The position numbers and the translations under genes are program-made. DNA of 63,254 nucleotides, counting the filler. It is 5 parts of 5 records of this genome, joined end to end, with 100 filler letters (N's around TTAATTAATTAA, not from the genome) between each part and the next. Parts side by side here need not be neighbours in the genome. Positions count along the whole stretch, not along the records: positions 21,358 to 39,684 come from SRR31156797_180; 4 more parts are not named here. One strand, 5' to 3'. The notes beneath the pieces were generated by a model, which saw only the letters and a program-made list of their open reading frames with translations, was not told the origin of the DNA and ran no database searches. Below, piece after piece: positions 28,759-38,173 of the stretch. Positions within the stretch are counted from its first letter, which is position 1; every line of letters begins with the position of its first letter.

Positions 28759-29605
28759 GAATACATGTAATTACATCATCCTGTGTAGGTAGTTTGTATC
28801 CCAGTATGCTCTCTGCCATTTCAACATCTAACCCATTACTCTCTGCTCTGATTATTTCTCCTCCTACTTCTATTAATCTGCCTGTGGCCGAGTTTGTCAG
28901 TTCAACACCCATTTTTTTCGCAAGAGCTGTTATGAACACCTTTTTGCTGGATACTTCCCTGCTTGCCAGGTTTAATACGCCTTTATGGTTTTTTTCGATA
29001 ATATCAAGCAGTGAAGATGAAAATTGTTTGACATGGATACTTGACGTAAAATAATCTTCAAAAAGAGTCATAGGAGTATTATTTTTTATATTTTCAATAA
29101 CCCATTCCACAAATGTAGATGTTCCTTCTTTATTGCGGAAGCCGACAATATTTGTACGGACTACCAGTGAATTAGGACAGGTCAATGCAAATTTCTCTGC
29201 AGCATATTTAGTTCTTGCATACTCATTTAGTAACCTGACAGGTTCATCTTCATTGTGCTTCAGGTTTCCATCACTTGTATAATAATGGTCAGTTGATATC
29301 TGGATGAAATAAAGATTATTTCTGGTTGCAATTTCGGAAATGATAGATGCAGGACGCGCGTTTACAATGTATGCATATTCTGGATTTTCTTCACATTCAT
29401 TCAGATTTACCAGTGCTGCGCAGTTAATTATGATATCAGGTTTTATCGATGTAATATTTTTTTCCAATGATTTTTTGTCAGCAACATCACAACTAATGTC
29501 TGTTCCACTGCGTGCTATTCCCACAACGTCCATACCACGCTCTTTTATTTCAAAAATCAGTGCCTGTCCCAGCAGACCAGTAGAACCTATGACTAAAGCT
29601 TTCAT
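28721..29605 (-). CDS. RmlD-like NDP-4-keto-6-deoxysugar reductase (extended SDR)
   Basis: GSTGLLG, INCAALV, ISTD, YARTK (YxxxK), VVRTN. Confidence 0.85.
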   Translation of the reverse strand: MKALVIGSTGLLGQALIFEIKERGMDVVGIARSGTDISCDVADKKSLEKNITSIKPDIIINCAALVNLNECEENPEYAYIVNARPASIISEIATRNNLYFIQISTDHYYTSDGNLKHNEDEPVRLLNEYARTKYAAEKFALTCPNSLVVRTNIVGFRNKEGTSTFVEWVIENIKNNTPMTLFEDYFTSSIHVKQFSSSLLDIIEKNHKGVLNLASREVSSKKVFITALAKKMGVELTNSATGRLIEVGGEIIRAESNGLDVEMAESILGYKLPTQDDVITCILEEYEGDVKNEI

Positions 29606-29751
29606 GCCTCTCTCTCTTTTACTTTATTAGTATTCATCCAATCTGTATGTCACAATAGTTCTGAATATTGATGGCCAGTTATTAACTCAATATATTTCAA
29701 CTCTTCAGGACATTAGTAATTTAATCGGTTTTTTGTCGTGACAAGAAATCA

Positions 29752-30150
29752 TTACACAACCTTATGTTGAATAGTATCTTCTTTATCTTCTGGATTTTTA
29801 CTGAACACTATCAAACTTGCCTCTTTATCAGATACATTAGTAACAGCATGAGCAACAAAAGGTGGTATATGAATCACTTCATACATGTCTGATTCACAAT
29901 CCATCATGATTTCTTCAAATTTACCGGAAATGACATCTTTTAACGATAATTTAATTTTTCCAGCTGCTAATGCAATCCACTCATCTTTCTTTTTATGATA
30001 ATGATTTGCTCTTGTTCTCTTTGGTTCAATTGATACTACATAGCTGTGTATGCAATTAAAAGGCTCATCATCATAGTTCATTGAGATTACTTCAGAAAGC
30101 CATCCATCATCTCTTTTATGCTTGAAGCGCGTTAGTTTTTCACATAACAT
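29752..30150 (-). CDS. Cupin (WxcM/CapF-C-like) sugar epimerase or isomerase
   Basis: DDGWLSE, RANHYHKKKDEW, IPPFVAHAV. Confidence 0.8.
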   Translation of the reverse strand: MLCEKLTRFKHKRDDGWLSEVISMNYDDEPFNCIHSYVVSIEPKRTRANHYHKKKDEWIALAAGKIKLSLKDVISGKFEEIMMDCESDMYEVIHIPPFVAHAVTNVSDKEASLIVFSKNPEDKEDTIQHKVV

Positions 30151-30156
30151 TGCATA

Positions 30157-31140
30157 TCATATCATTTTTTCAAAATCATCTTTAGTAAGCCATTCATCAT
30201 TAATGTCACTGGAGTAGCGATGGTTATCTGGAAGACTTTTTCCAGAATTTATAGTTTGCTTTTTCCAGAATGAGAATTCTGGTTCAATTATGAAGTAGTC
30301 AGAGAATTCTTTTGCATGTCTGGCTTCATCTTCTGTTATCATTATCTCGTGCAACTTTTCTCCAGGTCTGATTCCTGTAAATTCCTTTTTAGCTTCTGGA
30401 GCAATAGCTTCTGCAAGATCAGTTATTTTCATGCTAGGTATTTTTGGAACAAATACTTCCCCGCCATTCATTCTTTGAATAGAAGCAAGCACAAAATGAA
30501 CTCCCTGATCAAGTGTCAACCAAAAACGTGTCATTCTTTCGTCGGTTATTGTAAGGACACCTTCTTTTTTCTGCTCTTTAAAGAGAGGAATTACGCTTCC
30601 ACGGCTCCCAATTACATTTCCATATCTGACACAACTGAATTTTGTTCTTCTTTTACCAGTATAGGTGTTCCCCTGAATGAATAATTTCTCAGCAACCATT
30701 TTAGTTGCACCATAAAGATTTACAGGATGAACTGCTTTATCTGTACTTATTGCCATTACTCTTTCTACAGAATTGTCTATTGCAGCATCAATAACGTTTA
30801 CAGAGCCGTCTATATTTGTCTTGATAGCTTCTATTGGGTTATATTCGCATGCAGGCACCTGCTTTAATGCAGCAGCATGTACTACAATGTCAACTCCGTT
30901 CATTGCGCGATAAAGTCTTTCCTTGTCCCTTACATCACCTATAAGAAATCGTAATCTGTTGTCGTTGAATTCCTGCTGCATTTTGTATTGATTATATTCT
31001 CCTCTTGAATATATTCTTAAACTATTAGGATTGTGTTCCTTCAAAATAATTTCTGTAAATTTCTTTCCAAAAGAACCTGTTCCACCGGTAAGTAGAATAT
31101 TTTTCCCTTCAAATAAAGATCCGTCGATTATATCTTGCAT
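30157..31140 (-). CDS. pseB: UDP-N-acetylglucosamine 4,6-dehydratase (inverting)
   Basis: TGGTGSFG, HAAALKQVPACEYNP, STDKAV.PVNLYGATK, RYGNV.GSRGSV, MTRFW, GIRPGEKLHE. Confidence 0.92.
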   Translation of the reverse strand: MQDIIDGSLFEGKNILLTGGTGSFGKKFTEIILKEHNPNSLRIYSRGEYNQYKMQQEFNDNRLRFLIGDVRDKERLYRAMNGVDIVVHAAALKQVPACEYNPIEAIKTNIDGSVNVIDAAIDNSVERVMAISTDKAVHPVNLYGATKMVAEKLFIQGNTYTGKRRTKFSCVRYGNVIGSRGSVIPLFKEQKKEGVLTITDERMTRFWLTLDQGVHFVLASIQRMNGGEVFVPKIPSMKITDLAEAIAPEAKKEFTGIRPGEKLHEIMITEDEARHAKEFSDYFIIEPEFSFWKKQTINSGKSLPDNHRYSSDINDEWLTKDDFEKMI

Positions 31141-31316
31141 GTATCTACCAACTTAAGGTTATGAATATGTATGCAGATACTATGGTTATTTTATTATATA
31201 AAGTTCATTTGCATATTTATCTCGTATTTATTAAATGAATATTGGAACTACGTATTTTTATATGACTACAGCATTAAATAAAATCAAAATTTCTCTCTTA
31301 TGAGGTCTGATATAAA

Positions 31317-32240
31317 GTGTATGCAAAAATTGCAATTACGATTCGTTCTTTTTCTTCTATTGACTTAGTATCAGAATTACTTCAAGACCAGGGGACAGTT
31401 GTTTATGTAAATAAGTCTGGAAAGCGTCTTGAGGAAGATGAATTATGTCACATATTAAAGGATGTCAATGGAGTAATTGCCGGAACTGAAAAATTTAGTT
31501 CAAGAGTTTTTAATTCCTCACCTAACTTGCGCGTTGTATCTCGTGTAGGAGTAGGGATTGATAGCATTGATCAGAAGGCTGCTCAAAAAAATGACATATC
31601 TATATTGAATACTCCTGAAGCACCTGCGCTGGCAGTTGCAGAACATACCCTTGCGCTAACATTTGCAGTAATTAAAAGAATTGCGATGTATAACGAGAAT
31701 ATGCAAAAAGACGATTATACTATTGAATCTGGTTTATTGCTATCAGGTAGAACTATAGGAGTAATTGGTCTAGGAAGAGTGGGAAGAAGGGTTGCTGAAA
31801 TGTTTGAGGTGTTAGGTTGTAATATTCTCTTTTATGACCCTTTTTTACCTGATATTTTCATTTCAAACTGGAAACGTGCTACTTCACTTGACGATGTTTT
31901 ACAAAATGTAGATATTCTTACTTTGCATGTACCTTCTCAATCTGATGGCAAGCCTTTACTTGGTAACAAAGAATTCGATTTATGCAAACATGGTATGGTT
32001 CTTATTAATACTTCGCGAGGCTCACTTGTAGATGAGGATTCACTTGTAAAAGCAATTAAAAGTGGAATAATTTTGGGAGCAGGCTTAGATGTTTTTCCGG
32101 TTGAGCCATACAAAGGAAAACTCTTGGATTTTCCCCAGATAGTTACGACACCACATGTTGCTTCTAATACTGTGGAATCCAGACAACAAATGGAAAAGGA
32201 AGCGATTAATAATTTACTTATTAAATTGAGGGATCTGTGA
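31317..32240 (+). CDS. D-isomer-specific 2-hydroxyacid (phosphoglycerate-like) dehydrogenase
   Basis: SRVGVGIDSID, AVAEHT, GLGRVG, INTSRG, LDVF..EP, TPHVAS; no ACT domain. Confidence 0.88.
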   Translation: MYAKIAITIRSFSSIDLVSELLQDQGTVVYVNKSGKRLEEDELCHILKDVNGVIAGTEKFSSRVFNSSPNLRVVSRVGVGIDSIDQKAAQKNDISILNTPEAPALAVAEHTLALTFAVIKRIAMYNENMQKDDYTIESGLLLSGRTIGVIGLGRVGRRVAEMFEVLGCNILFYDPFLPDIFISNWKRATSLDDVLQNVDILTLHVPSQSDGKPLLGNKEFDLCKHGMVLINTSRGSLVDEDSLVKAIKSGIILGAGLDVFPVEPYKGKLLDFPQIVTTPHVASNTVESRQQMEKEAINNLLIKLRDL

Positions 32241-33151
32241 TGAAAAAAGCATTAGTTACAGGTGGAAATGGATTTTTGGGTCATCATATTGTAAGGGAAT
32301 TGTCTAATAGGGGAATTGAAACGATTGTTTATGATCTTGAAAGATCTTCTCTTATTGATGAAATGAGTGAAAATGCCCAAATCACATTTGTAAAAGGGAA
32401 CATTCTTGATAAAACAAAACTGGACTCTGCTATGGAAAGTTGCGATATTGTTTTCCATACTGCTGCCATTGCAAATCTGGAGGATGCATTACAACATCCA
32501 GTTGAGACAATGGAGGTAAATGTGGTGGGTACTGTTAATTGTCTCGAAGCTGCAAAAAAACATAAAGTTGATAGGTTTGTTTTTGCAAGTTCTGTCTATG
32601 TAGGTGGCAACTGGGGTACTTTTTATAGAATATCGAAACAAACTGGTGAGTCTCTTTGTAAAACATATTCTCGAGAATTTGATCTTGATTTCAGCATAAT
32701 TCGTTATGGAAGTCTTTATGGTAGGGAAGCTAATAATTGGAATTTCCTTTATGGTGTTCTGAAAAATCTATTGCTTAATAAAGAATACACTTACTATGGT
32801 TCTCCTGATTCTTTGCGTGAATATATACACATAGCTGATGCTGCTCGTGAAACTGTTAATATTGCTGCAAATGATGATTTTAGAAACAAAGCAGCATTAA
32901 TAACGGGGCATCAAAGAATGTCTCACAAAGAATTCTTCAATATGATACAGGAAATTCTTGGGCGTGATATCAAAATTTCATTTGAGAACAAAGAAAAAGA
33001 TAGCCATTATAAAATAACTCCTTATTCCTTTGAACCGGATATACCACTCAGGATCAATCTGGCTACTTATATTGACATCAATGAAGGTATCCTTGATTGC
33101 CTGAAAGAGGTGCAGATGGAGATTGAAAATGATAATTACAACAAAAACTGA
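32237..33151 (+). CDS. NAD-dependent epimerase/dehydratase (extended SDR)
   Basis: TGGNGFLG, FHTAA, FASS, YRISK (YxxxK), RYGSLYG, REYIH. Confidence 0.88.
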   Translation: MMKKALVTGGNGFLGHHIVRELSNRGIETIVYDLERSSLIDEMSENAQITFVKGNILDKTKLDSAMESCDIVFHTAAIANLEDALQHPVETMEVNVVGTVNCLEAAKKHKVDRFVFASSVYVGGNWGTFYRISKQTGESLCKTYSREFDLDFSIIRYGSLYGREANNWNFLYGVLKNLLLNKEYTYYGSPDSLREYIHIADAARETVNIAANDDFRNKAALITGHQRMSHKEFFNMIQEILGRDIKISFENKEKDSHYKITPYSFEPDIPLRINLATYIDINEGILDCLKEVQMEIENDNYNKN

Positions 33152-33914
33152 TGATAAACGGAGTCTAAAAAAGAAACTACAGAATAATGTTCTGACGATA
33201 GGTTCATGGATTACAATTGGCAATCCTGCTATCGCCGAGATTATGGCTCAAAGTGGGTTTGACTGGTTGACAGTTGATATGGAACACAGCGCTATTACTT
33301 TAAGTGAGGCACAGCAGTTAGTTCAGGTGATTGAATTATCTGGATGTGTTCCTCTTGTCCGTGTAGGTAGCAATGATCCAAATCTGATTAAACGTGTTAT
33401 GGATGCCGGTTCACATGGTGTTATTGTGCCAATGGTTAATTCTGCAAAAGATGCGGAGGCAGCAGTAAAAGCAGTAAAGTATCCACCTGTAGGCATGCGT
33501 GGTGTTGGTCTTGCAAGAGCTCAGGGATATGGAGTGGACTTTGAGAACTATAAAGATTGGGTTGAACAGGAAAGTATTGTTATAGTTCAGATAGAACACA
33601 TTGAAGCAGTCAGAAATATTGAGGAAATCCTATCAACAGAAGGTGTTGATGGATTTATCATTGGGCCTTATGATTTATCCGGTTCTCTAGGAATGCCAGG
33701 AGAGTTTAGTGAGCCAGAGGTTCTAGAGGCACTTGAAACTGTAAAAAGAGCAGCTAATAAAGTGAATATCATTTCTGGATTCCATGTTGTTCCTCCCGAA
33801 CCTAACCAACTAAAAGAAAAGATTAATGAAGGTTATCGCTTCTTGGCTTATAGTCTTGATTCATTGTTCTTAGCTGAAACCTGTCTCAAGGATTTGGCAG
33901 AAATCAAGAGTTAA
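33129..33914 (+). CDS. HpcH/HpaI-family pyruvate-dependent class II aldolase
   Basis: GFDWLTVDMEHS, PLVRV, KYPP.G.RG.G, QIEH, IGPYDLSGSLG. Confidence 0.92.
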   Translation: MIITTKTDDKRSLKKKLQNNVLTIGSWITIGNPAIAEIMAQSGFDWLTVDMEHSAITLSEAQQLVQVIELSGCVPLVRVGSNDPNLIKRVMDAGSHGVIVPMVNSAKDAEAAVKAVKYPPVGMRGVGLARAQGYGVDFENYKDWVEQESIVIVQIEHIEAVRNIEEILSTEGVDGFIIGPYDLSGSLGMPGEFSEPEVLEALETVKRAANKVNIISGFHVVPPEPNQLKEKINEGYRFLAYSLDSLFLAETCLKDLAEIKS

Positions 33915-33963
33915 AAAAGATTGTTCAAGAACTTTTATTGTCTTGAACTTCTATTTTTTAATG

Positions 33964-35463
33964 TTACATATATTGTTCTCTATATATCTCTGACAACTCT
34001 TCATATACACGGTTTCCTTCTTCATCAAACCTTTCAGCTCTTTCAATCGATGACCACTTTTCCTCTGGCATTTTTACATATAATGGAAATGTTCTCAATA
34101 ATCCATATAGTTCTTCACCTTTGATCTGAGGCATTTTCAGAGAAGACATCATTGAATGTTCCTGTGTAATATGTTCCTCTTTGATGTAACCTTCCTCAAC
34201 ACAAACTTCATGTAATTTTGTTCCCCTGAAAGGTGTGAAAATAAAGATGTTTAGGTCCTTTGCTTCGCAATCACGATTTAACCTGATAGTATCAAATATG
34301 TCTTCTCTTGTTTCCCCTGGCAGGCCTATCATATTGTTCGTGCCGTATTTGATGTCAAGCTCATTCAAAATATGTGTAGCTTTTTTTATGGTTTCATTTG
34401 AGACTTTCCTGTTAAGTACTTCCTGCCGTATCCTTTCATTTCCACTTTCGATTCCTATACTTAAACGGAAATCAAAACCATCCAGTATTTTTAGTTTGTC
34501 ATGGGTGATTGACTCCGGTCTTGTCTGGAAGAAAAATGGAAGATCAATTTCCTTGTATCTTTCCATGAAATCTCTCAGTCTTTTTTCAGGCATTGAAAGG
34601 AAAGATTCAGATGTAAAGTACACAAATTCCAGTCCATACTTCTCTTTTTGGTGTTTCAATTCTTCAAAGACTAACGATACATCCTTAAATCTTAGATATT
34701 TATTATCATACATTTTTCTGTATGATGATGCACAGCAAAATGTACAATTGTATGGGCAGCCTCTGCTGATTTCAATTGGAAGTGTTTTAAAAAGCTTTCC
34801 ACGGTTAGGTCTGTAGAACCTCTTTTCTTCGTAGATGGTAAAGTCTAGAAATGGTAGCTCATCAAGATCAACCAGTTCTCTCATTTGGTTTTTTTTAATT
34901 CCATTTTCAGATTTCAGCCATATGTTGGGAATATCTGAGATGTCTCTTTCCTCTAGCATTTTTTGGCACAATTCTACAATGGATTTTTCCCCTTCACCCA
35001 TACAAATCATATCTATGCAGTCATTAGCAAGCGTATCTTCTGGTGAAAATGAAGGAAAAGCTCCTCCTGCTAATGTCGGTATGTTCTGATCTTTTATCGT
35101 TTCTAATAGTCTCAGTGCAATTTCATATGTAACTTCGGTCATTGTTACAGCAATAAGGTGAGGTTTGTAGCTGTCGACCATTTTTTTGAAGTCCTCATAA
35201 ACATCAGTATCTTTGACTGTTATTCCCACTTCTGACATGTCCCATTTACGAAATTGTAAGAAGTCTGCCCTGATCTCATCACCGCTTTTCTCCTGAGTCC
35301 TGTAGAGTGTAGTGTCAAATAATTGTATGTTGTTGAACCCCGCCTTCTTCAGGCAAGCTGACAGAAGCGATAGGTTTATTGGCATCATGTTCTGCAACAT
35401 CACATTTGGATATACAAAGAGTATCCGAAAGTCGTCTTTATTGTATTCAGTCATAATTATCAC
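33964..35463 (-). CDS. Cobalamin-binding radical SAM enzyme (class B methyltransferase-like)
   Basis: N-terminal B12-binding region (GG.FPS..PE, GEGE); SRGCPYNCTFC (CxxxCxxC); GIESG, MIGLPGET, PFRGT. Confidence 0.9.
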   Translation of the reverse strand: MIIMTEYNKDDFRILFVYPNVMLQNMMPINLSLLSACLKKAGFNNIQLFDTTLYRTQEKSGDEIRADFLQFRKWDMSEVGITVKDTDVYEDFKKMVDSYKPHLIAVTMTEVTYEIALRLLETIKDQNIPTLAGGAFPSFSPEDTLANDCIDMICMGEGEKSIVELCQKMLEERDISDIPNIWLKSENGIKKNQMRELVDLDELPFLDFTIYEEKRFYRPNRGKLFKTLPIEISRGCPYNCTFCCASSYRKMYDNKYLRFKDVSLVFEELKHQKEKYGLEFVYFTSESFLSMPEKRLRDFMERYKEIDLPFFFQTRPESITHDKLKILDGFDFRLSIGIESGNERIRQEVLNRKVSNETIKKATHILNELDIKYGTNNMIGLPGETREDIFDTIRLNRDCEAKDLNIFIFTPFRGTKLHEVCVEEGYIKEEHITQEHSMMSSLKMPQIKGEELYGLLRTFPLYVKMPEEKWSSIERAERFDEEGNRVYEELSEIYREQYM

Positions 35464-35710
35464 ATGATTTCTTCAAGGACTGTCTGTTTTATCGTATCGT
35501 TCATATTTAATTCTGGTCATTACCTATATCTCTGGCTAACGTCTTAATCTTCTGACATGCATATTTGAAGATAGGTATTTATTTGTTAGATTATATTATT
35601 TAACTGAAACCGCTCGATATTGTTGAGGCCTTATGGCATATTTCTCATATCAACTGTTAGATTACAATCATTGAACTTAATAAATTCATCATTCACAAAA
35701 GTGATTATAA

Positions 35711-36409
35711 ATGCCCGACGATTACTCTGTAACTGCGCTGTTGCCAATGAAAGGACACAGTGAACGTGTACCATCAAAAAATACAAGGCTTTTTGGAAAA
35801 GACCCTTTGTTTTTCCATATATTAAGAAGTCTGGAGTCTGCAGAGTTGGTGAGGCAGATTCTGGTTGATACCGACAGTCCTAAAATTAGATCTTTAATAG
35901 AAGAAAACTTTTGTAACGTAGTGATAATTGAACGTCCTGAACATTTGTTGGGCGACAAAGTGCCTATGACTTCTATTATTGAATATGATCTTAATTATGT
36001 TGAAACAAGTCATTTTTTGCAAACACATGCCACGAACCCACTTCTTAGATCTGATACGATAGAAAATGCAATAAAATGTTATTTCGACGGACTGACAAGA
36101 GGTTTTGATTCTGTTATGAGTGTCTCTAAATTCCAAACAAGATTCTACGATCAAAACAAGAACCCTGTGAATCATGACCCTGACACTATGCTTCCTTCTC
36201 AGGATATGCCTCCTTTGTATGAGGACAACTCTAATTTCTATATCATGTCAGTTGAGAACTTTATGAAAGATAAAATACGCGTTGGAAAAAACCCTCTTTT
36301 TGTTGAAGTGCCTAAAATAGAAAGCATAGACATTGATGAACCGGAGGATTTTCTAATTGCTGAAGCAGTATATAAATTTATTTCAAACAAAGGGAACAAT
36401 GGATGTTAA
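35711..36409 (+). CDS. Second acylneuraminate/ulosonate cytidylyltransferase-family protein
   Basis: LLPMKGHSERVPSKN, VDTDS, QTHATNP, SQD, ENS-like DNSNFY, DIDEPEDF. Confidence 0.88.
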   Translation: MPDDYSVTALLPMKGHSERVPSKNTRLFGKDPLFFHILRSLESAELVRQILVDTDSPKIRSLIEENFCNVVIIERPEHLLGDKVPMTSIIEYDLNYVETSHFLQTHATNPLLRSDTIENAIKCYFDGLTRGFDSVMSVSKFQTRFYDQNKNPVNHDPDTMLPSQDMPPLYEDNSNFYIMSVENFMKDKIRVGKNPLFVEVPKIESIDIDEPEDFLIAEAVYKFISNKGNNGC

Positions 36410-36474
36410 TTTATTGGATAATAATTGATTTTGGCTTGTTGTTATCTACACTGGATTGATACATTTTTAGAGGG

Positions 36475-37452
36475 ATGATTATACTAATGGTGGCTTTTGA
36501 GAATTTCAGAATGGTTACAGAAAACATAGAAGGATACAAAGAGTTTAACATTGATCGTAACTGGTACAAGGATAGGAAAAAAGGCCTGTCTGCGGTTATA
36601 AGGTGTTTTGGTGATGAAAGGTGGATTGGTCCATGTATAGAAAGTTGCCTGCCTCTGTTTGATGAAATAGTTGTAGTCATTGTGAAAATAGAAGGTGATA
36701 GGACTGAGGAAATTGTGAGAAACTTCGATTCTCCAAAAATTAAGATTTACAATTATCCCTTTAGTTTAGATCAGGTTGAAGCACCTATTTATAAGAACAG
36801 AATCCAGCAAAAGATTGATTCCCTGTCCGAACTGTTTGTTTCTCCCAATTTTAAGAGAGGTTCGGTTCATACAATAAGCTATCTGACCAATTTCGGCATG
36901 TCAAAGACAACATTTTCCCATGTTACTCCTCAATGGGACGCGGACCACATACTAAGGCCTGAATTTGCAACAGAAGACTTCAAAGAATTTATTCTTTCCA
37001 AAGGTCATATCCGCGTTGCAGGATACAATGTAGTGACGGAAGATTATCAATATCTATCTGAAAGGTCTCCTATTCACAGTAGTCATCCTCGCTTTTATAA
37101 AGCTGATAAGCATTTGTACTTTGCTGGAAATAAGTATCTTCTGGATATTGTTTCATATCGCTCCTCTATAGTTCAGTTGAAAATGCTGGAGAATTATTTC
37201 CTTTTCCCAATCCAACAGATACTGTGCATGAAGAATTTGTTACTTAGAAGGGATGTTTCATATGATGAACCAATCTATTTCCATACCAAGTTCCTTCGTT
37301 CCGACAAAGAAATCGAGCATGATACTCGTTTTTTAAATGAAGAGTATCACAGGCAGTTCAAGGAAAATACTAAAAAAGGGAGAAAAATAGATGTTGAAGT
37401 ACCTGATTTTGCGCTAAAGGTACCTGAGGATTATTTAAGAAAAAACAGTTAA
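36475..37452 (+). CDS. GT-A-fold glycosyltransferase-like protein
   Basis: GLSAVIRC..DERWI..CIESCLPLFDEIVVV, DRTEEI, WDADH (DxD). Confidence 0.65.
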   Translation: MIILMVAFENFRMVTENIEGYKEFNIDRNWYKDRKKGLSAVIRCFGDERWIGPCIESCLPLFDEIVVVIVKIEGDRTEEIVRNFDSPKIKIYNYPFSLDQVEAPIYKNRIQQKIDSLSELFVSPNFKRGSVHTISYLTNFGMSKTTFSHVTPQWDADHILRPEFATEDFKEFILSKGHIRVAGYNVVTEDYQYLSERSPIHSSHPRFYKADKHLYFAGNKYLLDIVSYRSSIVQLKMLENYFLFPIQQILCMKNLLLRRDVSYDEPIYFHTKFLRSDKEIEHDTRFLNEEYHRQFKENTKKGRKIDVEVPDFALKVPEDYLRKNS

Positions 37453-37504
37453 AATATGATTAAAGATAATAATTGTTAATTTTTATTTATTACAAGGTAT
37501 TCAA

Positions 37505-38173
37505 ATGTCTTTAAATAGAAAATATCCAGTAGTAATATTAGATTTTGATGGAGTTATTTTGGAGTCTGTAGATGTGAAAACTGAAGCTTTCAGGCAGCTT
37601 TTTTCATTTTCTCCTGGCAGCGTTGATAAAGTTGTTAGTTTCCATGTAGAAAATGGTGGTATGTCAAGATTTGACAAGATTCAATACATATATGATAATA
37701 TATTATGTGAGTCCTTACATCAAGATAAATATGAATATTTATGCAATCAATTTTCCGAACTTGTGCTTAATGGTGTTTTAACTTCTAACTATGTTAATGG
37801 AGCTAAGGAATTTTTGGAGTTTTTTTCAAAATATACCTCTTTATTTTTGGTTTCAGCAACACCCATCTCTGAATTAATGCATATTCTTACTCAAAGAGAT
37901 TTACTTGGCTATTATGAAGGGATTTATGGTGCTCCCAGACCAAAAACAGAATGTATTGAAGAGATATTGTGCTTAAGTGATTTTTCAGAAAAAGATGCAA
38001 TTTTTGTAGGTGATGCATTGAATGATTATAAAGCTGCAAAAATGGCTGGTGTGCGTTTCATTGGTAGAGTAAAACCCGGTGGTATCAATATTTTTAAAGA
38101 TAAGGCTGATGTTGAAACTGTCGTTCATGATCTTCAGGAATTAAAAAAGTATTTGGAGGATTTATATTGCTAA
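37505..38173 (+). CDS. HAD-superfamily phosphatase
   Basis: Motif I DFDGVI, motif II VSAT, Lys, motif IV FVGDALND. Confidence 0.9.
   Translation: MSLNRKYPVVILDFDGVILESVDVKTEAFRQLFSFSPGSVDKVVSFHVENGGMSRFDKIQYIYDNILCESLHQDKYEYLCNQFSELVLNGVLTSNYVNGAKEFLEFFSKYTSLFLVSATPISELMHILTQRDLLGYYEGIYGAPRPKTECIEEILCLSDFSEKDAIFVGDALNDYKAAKMAGVRFIGRVKPGGINIFKDKADVETVVHDLQELKKYLEDLYC

Noticed and set aside
34235-34816. 193-aa plus-strand ORF and the many other 60-150 aa ORFs overlapping larger genes (e.g. 18486-18881, 25883-26266, 57565-58020)
   Set aside because: They are antisense or out-of-frame shadows of well-supported genes with no recognisable motifs.
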